NCBI GenBank assembly: GCA_963749915.1 | Contig: CAVVOP010000022.1 | Location: 1 to 64,000, forward strand | From: an uncultured cyanobacterium | GTDB lineage: Bacteria; Cyanobacteriota; Cyanobacteriia; Cyanobacteriales; Cyanobacteriaceae | Length of the DNA: 64,000 bases | Reading direction: 5' to 3' | Shown: one piece after another, positions 42,043 to 52,050 of the stretch | How positions within the stretch are numbered: the first letter of the stretch is position 1 | Layout: each line of letters opens with the position of its first letter | Program-made: the position numbers and the translations under genes | The notes under the pieces: generated by a model | Seen by the model: the letters and a program-made list of their open reading frames with translations, nothing else | Database searches by the model: none | Told to the model about the DNA's origin: nothing

Positions 42043-43740
42043 CTAAAATAAATCTGATCTCGCTATCTTTGCTGCTTTAAATACTTCTTGATCACTTTTT
42101 TCTTGCCAGTCATCATCGCCGATTTGTCTGTAAAATTCTTGATCATAGGGTCTAGTACGAACGACTACAGGCATAGGAACAGCATGACCTAAAACCAGGG
42201 CTTGTTGTTTAGAGTCGAGTTTGGCTAATACAGATCTTAAACCACTTGCACCCGAAACCCCTGTAAAAATAGCGTCAATGTCCTTTTCATCGTTGAGTAA
42301 GCAAGTAATTCTTGTGCCGACTTGAGACATTACTTCGTTATCAATGCCTGAAGGACGTTGATCCACAATGAACAAGGTTACAAAATATTTCCGCATCTCC
42401 CTTGCAATAGTTCCGAAAATGGTTTGATGGACAATTTTGGAATCGAGAAAACGATGAGCTTCTTCGATGGTAATCACTAACTGACGAGGGCGATCGGTTA
42501 TTTTTTGACTTTGTAAAAATTTCTCAGCTTTTTTCACATAAGCGTTATGAATACGACGAGTAATCATATTTGTTACTAGCATATAAGAAAGCATATTACC
42601 TTGTGATCCAAATTCTACGACAATGTGTTTGCCTCCGTCTAATAAATTGAGAATTTCTTTAATATAATTATGAGGACAAGCTGAACGCATATACTTAAGA
42701 CTCTGAAGACGTTTCAATTTCCTTTGTAGTGCCATAATTGAGCCTTGATGCCCTTGTTTTTCATTACAAAATACTTGGATTTCCTCATTTGTCATGTTTA
42801 AGAGGCGATAAATCCAATCTCTGCCATATTCTGAGGCTAAAACATTAGCATTATCCAAACTAGCTTCGGATAAGTTCAATTCTCTCGCAATTAATCGTAA
42901 ATCCTCAATCTCGATTTGATCATAACTCAAGTACAACTCATGAGCGCTGGTTACTCCTCGGCGATTAGTGGATTCGGCATCTAGGGTATAAATTTCCACT
43001 CGATTGGGAAAAAGTTGCTTTAATCCTTTTACCATGCTAAAGTTTTTCCCCTCACTTACCGCCGCCCAACCATACTCCGAGTGCATATCAAACATAAGAT
43101 TAACTGCCGCTTCCTTGTGGATAACACCAGAAATCAATAATCGTGTTAAAAATGATTTTCCTGTGCCAGATTTGCCGAAAATTCCGTTACTACGTTCAAC
43201 AAAACGAGCTAAATCCATACAAACTGGGACATCCATATCCAAAGGTTGACCGATGGAAAAATTGCATTTATGTGGATCATCTTCCCAACCAAAAACCGAG
43301 CGAAAATCTTGCTCTGTGGATTCATATACTTGACTAAAATGACTAGGGATTGTTTTGACCGGTAACAGTTGCAATTCCGTTTCCAATCCTCTTAATTTCG
43401 GAATATTACCGAAATTATTAACATATTCTTCTTTATTTGTCAAAGTCAACATCAACATTGGTGCGATTTCAATAGTTCCATAGGTGTCACTTCCTGCTAA
43501 TATGTCTAACCAAAAACTATCATTATGATCAGGAGGATGAGTAAAAATCCGAGGGTTCGAAGTACCTAAAGAGACATCTGTTAAAAGACAAAAAAACTTC
43601 GATCGAGTGCCTTCCACCACCAGGAATTTACCTACTCTCATATCTTCTACGGATATATCAGGATGTAGTCGCACTTCCAAACCACCACTTAATGAGCCTT
43701 GAATAACGGATCCTAATGGTTGTATTTTATTAAAGTTCAT
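42043..43740 (-). CDS. HerA-like ATPase (HAS barrel + DUF87)
   Basis: GKSGTGKS, FDMHSEYG, IEEAHRF, IAREMRK, DQRPS. Confidence 0.88.
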   Translation of the reverse strand: MNFNKIQPLGSVIQGSLSGGLEVRLHPDISVEDMRVGKFLVVEGTRSKFFCLLTDVSLGTSNPRIFTHPPDHNDSFWLDILAGSDTYGTIEIAPMLMLTLTNKEEYVNNFGNIPKLRGLETELQLLPVKTIPSHFSQVYESTEQDFRSVFGWEDDPHKCNFSIGQPLDMDVPVCMDLARFVERSNGIFGKSGTGKSFLTRLLISGVIHKEAAVNLMFDMHSEYGWAAVSEGKNFSMVKGLKQLFPNRVEIYTLDAESTNRRGVTSAHELYLSYDQIEIEDLRLIARELNLSEASLDNANVLASEYGRDWIYRLLNMTNEEIQVFCNEKQGHQGSIMALQRKLKRLQSLKYMRSACPHNYIKEILNLLDGGKHIVVEFGSQGNMLSYMLVTNMITRRIHNAYVKKAEKFLQSQKITDRPRQLVITIEEAHRFLDSKIVHQTIFGTIAREMRKYFVTLFIVDQRPSGIDNEVMSQVGTRITCLLNDEKDIDAIFTGVSGASGLRSVLAKLDSKQQALVLGHAVPMPVVVRTRPYDQEFYRQIGDDDWQEKSDQEVFKAAKIARSDLF

Positions 43741-43900
43741 GTTTTCAATAAATGAGGAATAAGTAATTAGAAATTAGTCATGAGGAATAAGGAATTAAGA
43801 ATGAGAAATTTTAAAAATTATTTCAACAGTACAAACTTAGCATGCCACGTTGCTACCAACCGTCAACTGTTAACTATTAAATATTAGCTTGTTTTGATTA

Positions 43901-45148
43901 ATGAAATTATTAGTTATAAGTAATGGTCACGGTGAAGATTTAATTGCTGTAAAAATTATAAATCAGTTACGACAAATTAATCCACAAATATCCATTGCCT
44001 GTTTACCAATGGTAGGGGAAGGATTTGCCTATGCTAAAGAAAATATTCCTTTTATTGCACCTGTAAAAAAAATGCCTTCTGGTGGTTTTATTTATATGGA
44101 TAGCCAACAATTATGGCAAGATTTGCGTCAAGGTTTAATTGGTTTGACTTGCACTCAATTTAAAGCTGTGAAATTATGGGCAAAAAACGGCGGTTATGTT
44201 TTAGCAGTAGGGGATATTTTACCTCTTTTATGTGCATGGTTAAGCGGTGCAAAATATGGTTTTATTGGTACTGCTAAATCGGAATATTATTTACGCAATG
44301 AAAACGGTTGGCTAGAAAATATCTCAAGAATCGATCGCTATTTTGGTTCAATATATTATCCTTGGGAAAGATGGTTAATGAAAAATGATCGTTGTTTTGC
44401 CGTTTTTCCTAGGGATTCTATTACCACTCAAACCCTACAAAAATACCATATCCGTGCCCATGATTTAGGTAATCCGATGATGGACGATTTAACCATCTCC
44501 CCTTTACCATCGGACAATGACTATACACTCAAAATTCTACTTTTGCCCGGATCAAGATTACCAGAAGCCATCGAGAATTGGCAACTGATTCTCACCGCCG
44601 TTGAATCTATTATTAATAGTCAATCTTCTGACTTAATTTTTGTCGCCGCCATCGCCCCATCATTAAATTTAAGTACTTTTACTGAATTTTTGTCCCCTCA
44701 ACAATGGCAAGAAAAGTCATTAAAATCTGTGAGTTTATCCATTAACGATTCCCATATAATGGTATTTACTAAGAAAAGAGCAAAATTAATTTTAAGTCAA
44801 AATGCCTATGCTCAATGTTTGAACTATTGTAATTTATCTATAGCCATGGCTGGGACAGCAACGGAACAATTTGTGGGATTAGGAAAACCAGCGATCGCGT
44901 TTCCAGGTAATGGTGCACAATATAATCGAAAATTTGCTGAAAATCAAACTCGTTTATTGGGAATTTCTCTACAATTAGTAAATAATCCCTCGCAGGTAGC
45001 AGAAAAAATACAAGAGTTATTGTCAACACCAGATTTATGGCAGTCCATAGCCGTTAACGGAAAAAAAAGACTAGGAAAAACTGGTGCAACCAAAAAAATT
45101 GCAGAATTTATCATCAAAAAAATAGACTTTTTAACTGGGAATCTTTAA
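43901..45148 (+). CDS. Lipid-A-disaccharide synthase-related protein
   Basis: SNGHGED, PSGGF, GNPMMD, LLPGSR, MAGTATEQ. Confidence 0.85.
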   Translation: MKLLVISNGHGEDLIAVKIINQLRQINPQISIACLPMVGEGFAYAKENIPFIAPVKKMPSGGFIYMDSQQLWQDLRQGLIGLTCTQFKAVKLWAKNGGYVLAVGDILPLLCAWLSGAKYGFIGTAKSEYYLRNENGWLENISRIDRYFGSIYYPWERWLMKNDRCFAVFPRDSITTQTLQKYHIRAHDLGNPMMDDLTISPLPSDNDYTLKILLLPGSRLPEAIENWQLILTAVESIINSQSSDLIFVAAIAPSLNLSTFTEFLSPQQWQEKSLKSVSLSINDSHIMVFTKKRAKLILSQNAYAQCLNYCNLSIAMAGTATEQFVGLGKPAIAFPGNGAQYNRKFAENQTRLLGISLQLVNNPSQVAEKIQELLSTPDLWQSIAVNGKKRLGKTGATKKIAEFIIKKIDFLTGNL

Positions 45149-45155
45149 ATTAATT

Positions 45156-45998
45156 ATGGATGTTCAAGAATTACTAGAAAGGTACAGTCGAGGAGAAACC
45201 AACTTTCAGAAAGTAGATCTTCATGGTCAAATATTGGGTAATATAAATCTGAGTGGAATAAATCTCAAAGAGGCAGACTTAACAAATGTCAATTTAGTAG
45301 GTTGTTTACTACTACAGGCCAATCTTAAAGAAGCAAATCTCAGTCATGCTATTATTCAAGGAGATTTGAGAGAAGTAAACTTAATACAAGCCAATTTAAG
45401 CAAAGCAAATTTAGCAGAATCTGACTTATCCGATGCTAGTTTACGCAATGCCAATCTTAGTGAAAGTAATTTTAGTCATGGTATATTAGTTGGCACCTTA
45501 TTACATGACACTAATTTAAAAAAAGCAAATCTCAGTCATGCCAAAATGATTAACTGCCTTCTCAGTCGTGCCAACTTAACCGATGCTAACCTACAGGGTG
45601 CTAATTTACAGGGGGCAAACTTAACCAATGCCATCATGATGAATACTAACTTAGAAGAGGCCAATTTGTCCTTAACCCTTATGAATAGCGTTAATGGGGT
45701 GGGGATTAATGCTTCCCATGCTAATTTTAGCCATGCTAACTTAAGTGGGGGTAACTTCGTTAACGGAGATTTTAACAATGCCAATTTTTACGACAGTATA
45801 ATGACATGGAGTAGTTTCAAAATGACAGACTTTAACCATGCTAACTTATCACAGGCAAAACTCTCATGGTCTAATTTTAACAGAGCGAATCTTCATAAAG
45901 CGAACTTAGTGAATGCTAATATTAATCAAACTAATTTTGATCTCGCTAATTTAGAAGAAATTATGACAACAATAGACCCCCTACAAAACTCAAACTAA
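45156..45998 (+). CDS. Pentapeptide repeat protein
   Basis: ELLERYSRGETNF start, then continuous A(N/D)Lxx repeats. Confidence 0.95.
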   Translation: MDVQELLERYSRGETNFQKVDLHGQILGNINLSGINLKEADLTNVNLVGCLLLQANLKEANLSHAIIQGDLREVNLIQANLSKANLAESDLSDASLRNANLSESNFSHGILVGTLLHDTNLKKANLSHAKMINCLLSRANLTDANLQGANLQGANLTNAIMMNTNLEEANLSLTLMNSVNGVGINASHANFSHANLSGGNFVNGDFNNANFYDSIMTWSSFKMTDFNHANLSQAKLSWSNFNRANLHKANLVNANINQTNFDLANLEEIMTTIDPLQNSN

Positions 45999-46207
45999 AA
46001 TTAAAATCAATTATCATATAGAAATCATAAATTCCTAGCTTTATTCCCTATTGATAAATGAAATACTCCCAAAATTCGGCAGGAAATCTGATTACTAATC
46101 GACTTATTGGGGCGGGATTTTTTGTCAAAATGAGCATCTTTTGATTATACTCTCACCATCACGTTTTTATGTAAACGTAAGACTGAATGAGTTCCAAGCA
46201 CTATTGT

Positions 46208-46235
46208 AATGATTCCTATAAAATGATTCCTATAA
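46208..46235. repeat. 14-bp tandem duplication
   Basis: aatgattcctataa x2. Confidence 0.7.
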
Positions 46236-46341
46236 ATGGATACGCCCTCAGCATCATAATTAACGCGATGTGCAACTAAAAAGTAAAAACTAACGAGATT
46301 TTAATTTTAAAATAAAATTAATCAATAAGTTCATTTTTTTG

Positions 46342-46409
46342 GCGATTGCAAAGCGACAGGGCGAAGTGGCGTACAAAGCACGATCACGAAGTGGCGATCG
46401 CGCGATCGC
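46342..46409. repeat. Cluster of HIP1-associated short repeats inside the IS982 left end (also 51037-51104)
   Basis: gcgattgc...gaagtggcg...cgatcacgaagtggcgatcgc-gcgatcgc. Confidence 0.65.
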
Positions 46410-46494
46410 TAAAAGCGTCTTGGTGAAAGCAAGATAAAGCAGTGGTTCATCGAATGTTTGGCCATCGCCGGACAATAATTAAAGTATAGCCAGT

Positions 46495-47277
46495 ATGAAA
46501 TTTATGTTGACAATAGAAGATTTTATTATTTACGTTTTTTGCTGTATTGATACAGACAAAGGAATTTGGGAATATTTCCGTTGCCACTGGCAAGAATTGT
46601 TTCCCAAAATACCTAGTCGTAGTACTTTTGTTAGGCAAGCGGCGAATTTATGGCAATACAAACAGGTTTTACAAAAAAAGTTAGCTGGCCAAATGAATGG
46701 TTTTCAAGATCATCTTCATATAATTGATGGTATTCCCATTCCGTTGTGTTGTTTTAGTAGAGCTCCAAGATGTCGTAGTTTTGTGGGTGAAGCCAATTAT
46801 GGCTATTGTGCTGCTAAAAAGGAGACCTATTATGGTTTTCATGGACATTTAATTATTAGTGGTCAGGGAATCATCACAGGTCTAACTTTGACTCCAGCTA
46901 ATGGTGATGAACGTGAGGCATTATGGGATTTAGTCAAAGGAATAAAAGGTTTACTCATTGGTGATAAAGGGTATATAAGTGAGCAATTAGGGGAAGAACT
47001 TATTCGTAATGGCATTGAATTGGAAACAGCATTGCGGAACAATATGAAAGATACTCGTCCTAAGTCGTGGGTAAAAATGTTGATGAAAGTACGTCGTTTG
47101 ATAGAGACAGTAATTGGACAATTAGTTGAGCGATTTAATCTGGAAAAAATTTGGGCAAGGGATATGTGGCATTTAACAAGTAGAATAAACCGCAAACTTT
47201 TAGCACATACTGTTTGTTGCTGGCTCAATCGTGAGAATGAAAATATCTTACAGTTTGAAACTTTAGTGTCAGCTTAA
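46495..47277 (+). CDS. IS982-family DDE transposase with internal in-frame deletion
   Basis: IIDGIPIP, YYGFHGH, IGDKGY, RRLIETV; FCCID is joined directly to TDKGIW. Confidence 0.88.
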   Translation: MKFMLTIEDFIIYVFCCIDTDKGIWEYFRCHWQELFPKIPSRSTFVRQAANLWQYKQVLQKKLAGQMNGFQDHLHIIDGIPIPLCCFSRAPRCRSFVGEANYGYCAAKKETYYGFHGHLIISGQGIITGLTLTPANGDEREALWDLVKGIKGLLIGDKGYISEQLGEELIRNGIELETALRNNMKDTRPKSWVKMLMKVRRLIETVIGQLVERFNLEKIWARDMWHLTSRINRKLLAHTVCCWLNRENENILQFETLVSA

Positions 47278-47411
47278 TTTTAGTTGCACATCGCGTTATA
47301 CTATCAAGAAATATTCTGGATATCAAGGGTTTCGGACAAACTGAATGTTTGCTAAAGGGCGGTTTTTAAATATGACTATTAGTTTGCAGTCACTAAAAGC
47401 GATCGCACCTT

Positions 47412-48026
47412 TTACCACACTTTCGGTTGAAAGTTATCACCGTTGAGTATCTTAATAGTTTCTCCTGCTTGAACTAATACAAATAAACCTTGTTTATAGG
47501 CATATTTATCGGCATTTTCTTCTATTTCAATTCCTGCCACCGCCCCGTATAATTGTTTTTGATTATATTCAGGAAAAAACTGTTTAAATTCTATTAAATC
47601 TTGGATAAATTCTTTAATATCATCTACTCCTAAAGTGCTTTTAACTTCCACTGCTAAAACGTGATTTTCATTACTGACTAAAACATCGACTTCAAGGGTT
47701 TGATGAGCTAATTTTTGCTTAACTCTTTGACTAACTCGATGGACGGGAATACCACGATTAAGAAACAAAGTTTCACAAGCAGGAGCAACCATATTCTCGA
47801 CAAATCTACCCCATTTTCCCCCTAAGTTACCGATTTCTTTACTTAATCTTGAGATTTGAGTATCGGTTTTTTGAGAACTTTCTTTTAATATACGTTCGGT
47901 TTCCTGAAGTCGTTTCTCTGATTCTTGAAAATGTCTTTCTGTTTCTTTTTGAGCATTAACTAATTCGGTTTGTTTTGTAGCTAATTCTGCCAGAATATCC
48001 CATATTTCATCAGCTTTCGTAGTCAT
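47412..48026 (-). CDS. DUF3782-like coiled-coil / PD-(D/E)XK nuclease-fold protein
   Basis: Coiled-coil N-terminus, LGGKWGRFVE, EVDVL..AVEVKS, LYGAVAG. Confidence 0.8.
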   Translation of the reverse strand: MTTKADEIWDILAELATKQTELVNAQKETERHFQESEKRLQETERILKESSQKTDTQISRLSKEIGNLGGKWGRFVENMVAPACETLFLNRGIPVHRVSQRVKQKLAHQTLEVDVLVSNENHVLAVEVKSTLGVDDIKEFIQDLIEFKQFFPEYNQKQLYGAVAGIEIEENADKYAYKQGLFVLVQAGETIKILNGDNFQPKVW

Positions 48027-48066
48027 AGTTTTTCTCCTTAACTATCATTTCCATTATAACCTAAGT

Positions 48067-48095
48067 GCGATCGCGCAGCGCCACTTCATGATCGC
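48067..48095. repeat. 21-nt insert at a HIP1 site (SDR5-like)
   Basis: Minus strand GCGATCATGAAGTGGCGCTGC directly followed by GCGATCGC. Confidence 0.7.
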
Positions 48096-48128
48096 CGTCT
48101 TTTAGGGCGGTTTCTAAGCTAAAACCCA

Positions 48129-48239
48129 TAGGACTTACGCACCAGTCCCCTTGATCCCCCAAGTATGGGGGTAAGAACAAAACAACTCCCCCATACTTGG
48201 GGGTTGGGGGGCAAAAAAACTATTTTTGCGTAAGTCTTA
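48129..48239. mobile_element. MITE/REP-like element with AGGACTTACGCA ends and internal palindrome
   Basis: taggacttacgca ... tgcgtaagtctta; internal ccccaagtatggggg / cccccatacttgggg; solo ends at 5759-5770 and 50051-50062. Confidence 0.8.
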
Positions 48240-48339
48240 ACGCATAAAAGTTGCATTTTTTAAAATTAGTAAAAAATCAAAGAAACTCTTACCCATTGTC
48301 CATTGTCCATTGCCCGACTTCTAAAAGAAGTCTATTGTA

Positions 48340-49389
48340 CTAAACTCCTCTGAAACCCATCGGCATTTCCATTACTTCACGGGGATTTGGTTTAATTAAT
48401 TCTCGATTTATTTTTGTTTGATATAAATTGCCAATAAAACTTAAAATAACCCCCACTAATAAGAAACTTCCCCCCAAATATTGGGCAAAACTGGGAACTT
48501 CTCCTAAAATTAAATAAGCCATAAAAATAGCGGCAATAGGATTAAATAAACTCGCTAAGTTAAGTTGCGTCGATGTGACATTTTTTAAACCTGCCAACCA
48601 ACATAATTGACCTACGACGACAATGATTCCTCCATAAATTAACATCCATCGCCAAAGAAAAGGAGATAATACATTACCAAAATGATCTAGCCCATAAAGA
48701 AAATTAGCTAACAGAAAAAAAATTACTGTTCCTAATATATTACGATAAATCATAAAAATTCCTATTGGTATAGATTTTAATTGCAATTTACCCATAATAT
48801 TAGAAAGAGAGCTAATGATAGCAGAGATCGCCACAAAAAATTCTCCGATTCCGATTTGAAATCCTGCCATTGTCATTATTTGTCCTGAACTTGCGAACAA
48901 AGCAGTTATGACAACTCCCAAAAATGAAATAAGAGATCCTGATATTGTCCAAAGATTAACCCTTGTACCCAATAACGAAACACCCCAAATGAGACTTAAG
49001 ATAGGTTCTATACGCCCAATTAAGACAATATTAGTGACGTTTGTTTGCTCAAGGGCAGTAAAAATTAACCACGGAGCGATCGCCCCTGATAAAATACCTG
49101 TAATGGTTAAACTAATCCAATGTTTACGAGTTATTACTTTGAGAGTGGAAAGTTTACAATCTTGACGAAAAATAAGTAACATTAATCCTAAGGCACAAAT
49201 ATTACCAACAAATAAAACATTACAGGATGAAATAGGATTTTGACCATCAATGAAGTGATATTTCCCAATGTCAATAAGTTTACTGGTAACGGAGTTAGAA
49301 GCCGCAAAAATTAAAACAGCAATAGCAAGATATATCGAAGTAGGAACTCGATTTAAAATTTTCTGTAAATGATTAGTAGCGTTGATCAT
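48340..49389 (-). CDS. DMT/EamA family transporter
   Basis: About 10 TM helices in two EamA repeats; NPISSCNVLFVGN; AYLILGE. Confidence 0.9.
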   Translation of the reverse strand: MINATNHLQKILNRVPTSIYLAIAVLIFAASNSVTSKLIDIGKYHFIDGQNPISSCNVLFVGNICALGLMLLIFRQDCKLSTLKVITRKHWISLTITGILSGAIAPWLIFTALEQTNVTNIVLIGRIEPILSLIWGVSLLGTRVNLWTISGSLISFLGVVITALFASSGQIMTMAGFQIGIGEFFVAISAIISSLSNIMGKLQLKSIPIGIFMIYRNILGTVIFFLLANFLYGLDHFGNVLSPFLWRWMLIYGGIIVVVGQLCWLAGLKNVTSTQLNLASLFNPIAAIFMAYLILGEVPSFAQYLGGSFLLVGVILSFIGNLYQTKINRELIKPNPREVMEMPMGFRGV

Positions 49390-49421
49390 TTGTGAGTAGG
49401 GTAAGTTACCTTTTTTCTGAC

Positions 49422-49772
49422 TTAATTATTAGGGCGAAAAACTCGATGAAAAGACTCTTTTCGATACCGTCTATAAATATCAAAATCTTGATAAGTAGTA
49501 TTAAGCTCTTTAATTCTTTGATAATCTAATGATGTTAAATGTTCACATCTAAAAACACCTTTTTCCAAAGCAAATAAAAATTCATTTTGTACTTTAATAG
49601 CAGGTGCAAGTAACCACATTACCTCAGTTATACAGGCGATCGTGGTAATTAATTGACTGCGACAATGAGAGAAAAAATCAATCACTTGATTATGACATTT
49701 ATCATTCATATTATAGAAAGCGACTAATATACCAGTATCAATTAATATTTGGAGATAATAATTACGACTCAT
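49422..49772 (-). pseudogene. PIN-domain (VapC) toxin with internal deletion
   Basis: ILIDTGILVA and ITEV present; TTYQD is fused to FDIYR, with no D-x-x-D helix or TLD strand. Confidence 0.75.
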
Positions 49773-50016
49773 ATTTTTGTTTAAGTTTTTCTGCTATTAT
49801 TTCCTCGCGAATATCTCTATCTGATAAATTTTCTCCATCGTTTAATAAATTTTCTGGTATTCCTCCAAGACGTTCTAAAACTGTGTCTGTTTGGTTTAAT
49901 TGTGACCAATAATTACGTAACAATTTCTTAATTAATTCTTCGGTATTAGTATTTTCTTTACTGACAATATCAATTAAATATTTTTCTGATTCCTGATCCA
50001 AATTAATACTTAACAT
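49762..50016 (-). CDS. Putative antitoxin of the PIN toxin
   Basis: Small ORF overlapping the toxin start; TVLERLGG..NLSDRDIR. Confidence 0.65.
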   Translation of the reverse strand: MLSINLDQESEKYLIDIVSKENTNTEELIKKLLRNYWSQLNQTDTVLERLGGIPENLLNDGENLSDRDIREEIIAEKLKQKYES

Positions 50017-50087
50017 TTGATTAAATTCTCCAGTTATTAATCAATAATATAGGACTTACGCACCTACTGTAAATATAGTTTTATTAT

Positions 50088-50420
50088 TCATAAATTAGAA
50101 AAAATATGGTCTAATTTTATCTTGATATTTTGCCAATCCTCTAACTCTAATTGTCCTAATGTTCGATCGATGAGAGATTTAGTTAATGTATTGATTTTAT
50201 GTAATCTGAGGGTCGAAGGACGTAATAATCCCGCTTTTTGCCATTCTTTTATTTGTAGATCAAAATCTGTATAGTATAACCTACTGGTAATTTTAGTAAC
50301 GATAACATCTTCATCCTCTGTATCTAATAAAACTAGGGCTGGACGACGTTTCATTTCTTGAGTATCACTAAAGGTGAACCTAACTAAAATAATTTCCCCA
50401 GAGGAATAATTCTTCATCAA
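50088..50420 (-). CDS. PemK/MazF family toxin
   Basis: GEIILVRFTFSD..KRRPALVL, ITS, AGLLRPSTLRLHKI. Confidence 0.9.
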   Translation of the reverse strand: MMKNYSSGEIILVRFTFSDTQEMKRRPALVLLDTEDEDVIVTKITSRLYYTDFDLQIKEWQKAGLLRPSTLRLHKINTLTKSLIDRTLGQLELEDWQNIKIKLDHIFSNL

Positions 50421-50641
50421 AGTTGATTATAAATTTCATCTTCTTCACTATAATCAGAGAAGAATGTTTCTAACGCCAGACGAGACCAATTCTCTTTTTC
50501 AGAATCTTCTATGTTTGAGTTTTGTTTGACTAAAATTATTACTTTTATTTCTTGATTAGGCAATAAATTTTTTTTAATATGTTCGGGATATTCTAATTCA
50601 CCGTTGGGGAGAATCTTGCTGTCAAATTCGTACACTTTCAT
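50417..50641 (-). CDS. Putative antitoxin of the MazF toxin
   Basis: 74 aa, ATGA overlap with the toxin, beta-rich N-terminus, acidic tail YSEEDEIYNQL. Confidence 0.7.
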   Translation of the reverse strand: MKVYEFDSKILPNGELEYPEHIKKNLLPNQEIKVIILVKQNSNIEDSEKENWSRLALETFFSDYSEEDEIYNQL

Positions 50642-50704
50642 TGTTTATTTATTAAATTTATTTTAAACAACTGCCCAATTCAATAATTTTATCATAACAG
50701 AGTT

Positions 50705-50737
50705 GGTGCGTCAGTTATCGTTTGCTAACACACCCTA
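50705..50737 (-). repeat. REP-like hairpin
   Basis: Minus strand TAG-GGTGTGTTAG...CTGACGCACC stem. Confidence 0.55.
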
Positions 50738-50741
50738 GATA

Positions 50742-50949
50742 TAACCTGAGTTCGACATAAAATTATCGGTTAAGGGAGGAGATAGAAAACAGCAGAGAGG
50801 AGATAGTTATAAGAATTTACTGAAAATAATAATTAATTGATTTTTTTCAAAATATTTACTAAATTTAATCCTAATTCTTGGCTTTAATTCTTCCAAATCA
50901 TTCCTCTAATCACTTATTTTTAAAGGTTTCTTACATCGAACTCAGGTTA
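50742..50949. mobile_element. 208-bp MITE with perfect 14-bp terminal inverted repeats
   Basis: taacctgagttcga ... tcgaactcaggtta; a related solo end lies at 10327-10340. Confidence 0.85.
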
Positions 50950-50957
50950 ATATTATA

Positions 50958-51991
50958 ACGCGATGTGCAACTAAAAAGTAAAAACTAACGAGATTTTAAT
51001 TTTAAAATAAAATTAATCAATAAGTTCATTTTTTTGGCGATTGCAAAGCGACAGGGCGAAGTGGCGTACAAAGCACGATCACGAAGTGGCGATCGCGCGA
51101 TCGCTAAAAGCGTCTTGGTGAAAGCAAGATAAAGCAGTGGTTCATCGAATGTTTGGCCATCGCCGGACAATAATTAAAGTATAGCCAGTATGAAATTTAT
51201 GTTGACAATAGAAGATTTTATTATTTACGTTTTTTGCTGTATTGATACAGACAAAGGAATTTGGGAATATTTCCGTTGCCACTGGCAAGAATTGTTTCCC
51301 AAAATACCTAGTCGTAGTACTTTTGTTAGGCAAGCGGCGAATTTATGGCAATACAAACAGGTTTTACAAAAAAAGTTAGCTGGCCAAATGAATGGTTTTC
51401 AAGATCATCTTCATATAATTGATGGTATTCCCATTCCGTTGTGTTGTTTTAGTAGAGCTCCAAGATGTCGTAGTTTTGTGGGTGAAGCCAATTATGGCTA
51501 TTGTGCTGCTAAAAAGGAGACCTATTATGGTTTTCATGGACATTTAATTATTAGTGGTCAGGGAATCATCACAGGTCTAACTTTGACTCCAGCTAATGGT
51601 GATGAACGTGAGGCATTATGGGATTTAGTCAAAGGAATAAAAGGTTTACTCATTGGTGATAAAGGGTATATAAGTGAGCAATTAGGGGAAGAACTTATTC
51701 GTAATGGCATTGAATTGGAAACAGCATTGCGGAACAATATGAAAGATACTCGTCCTAAGTCGTGGGTAAAAATGTTGATGAAAGTACGTCGTTTAATAGA
51801 GACAGTAATTGGACAATTAGTTGAGCGATTTAATCTGGAAAAAATTTGGGCAAGGGATATGTGGCATTTAACAAGTAGAATAAACCGCAAACTTTTAGCA
51901 CATACTGTTTGTTGCTGGCTCAATCGTGAGAATGAAAATATCTTACAGTTTGAAACTTTAGTGTCAGCTTAATTTTAGTTGCACATCGCGT
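50958..51991 (+). mobile_element. IS982-family element, copy 2 (1034 bp)
   Basis: Same IRs; only one synonymous difference from copy 1 noticed (47100 g vs 51795 a). Confidence 0.93.
51190..51972 (+). CDS. IS982-family DDE transposase with the same internal deletion
   Basis: Protein identical to 46495-47277. Confidence 0.88.
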   Translation: MKFMLTIEDFIIYVFCCIDTDKGIWEYFRCHWQELFPKIPSRSTFVRQAANLWQYKQVLQKKLAGQMNGFQDHLHIIDGIPIPLCCFSRAPRCRSFVGEANYGYCAAKKETYYGFHGHLIISGQGIITGLTLTPANGDEREALWDLVKGIKGLLIGDKGYISEQLGEELIRNGIELETALRNNMKDTRPKSWVKMLMKVRRLIETVIGQLVERFNLEKIWARDMWHLTSRINRKLLAHTVCCWLNRENENILQFETLVSA

Positions 51992-52050
51992 TAATTAAGT
52001 AGCCCAAGGGTTGCTTGTCTCTAAATTCATCTGATTTTATGGAGGAATAT

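Larger units (their letters stand above)
46263..47296 (+). mobile_element. IS982-family element, copy 1 (1034 bp)
   Basis: Terminal IRs acgcgatgtgcaactaaaa / ttttagttgcacatcgcgt; near-identical to 50958-51991. Confidence 0.93.

Noticed and set aside
42043..43740. HerA ATPase as an anti-phage system
   Set aside because: No NurA, SIR2 or DUF4297 partner adjacent; resembles the conserved cyanobacterial housekeeping HerA-like protein
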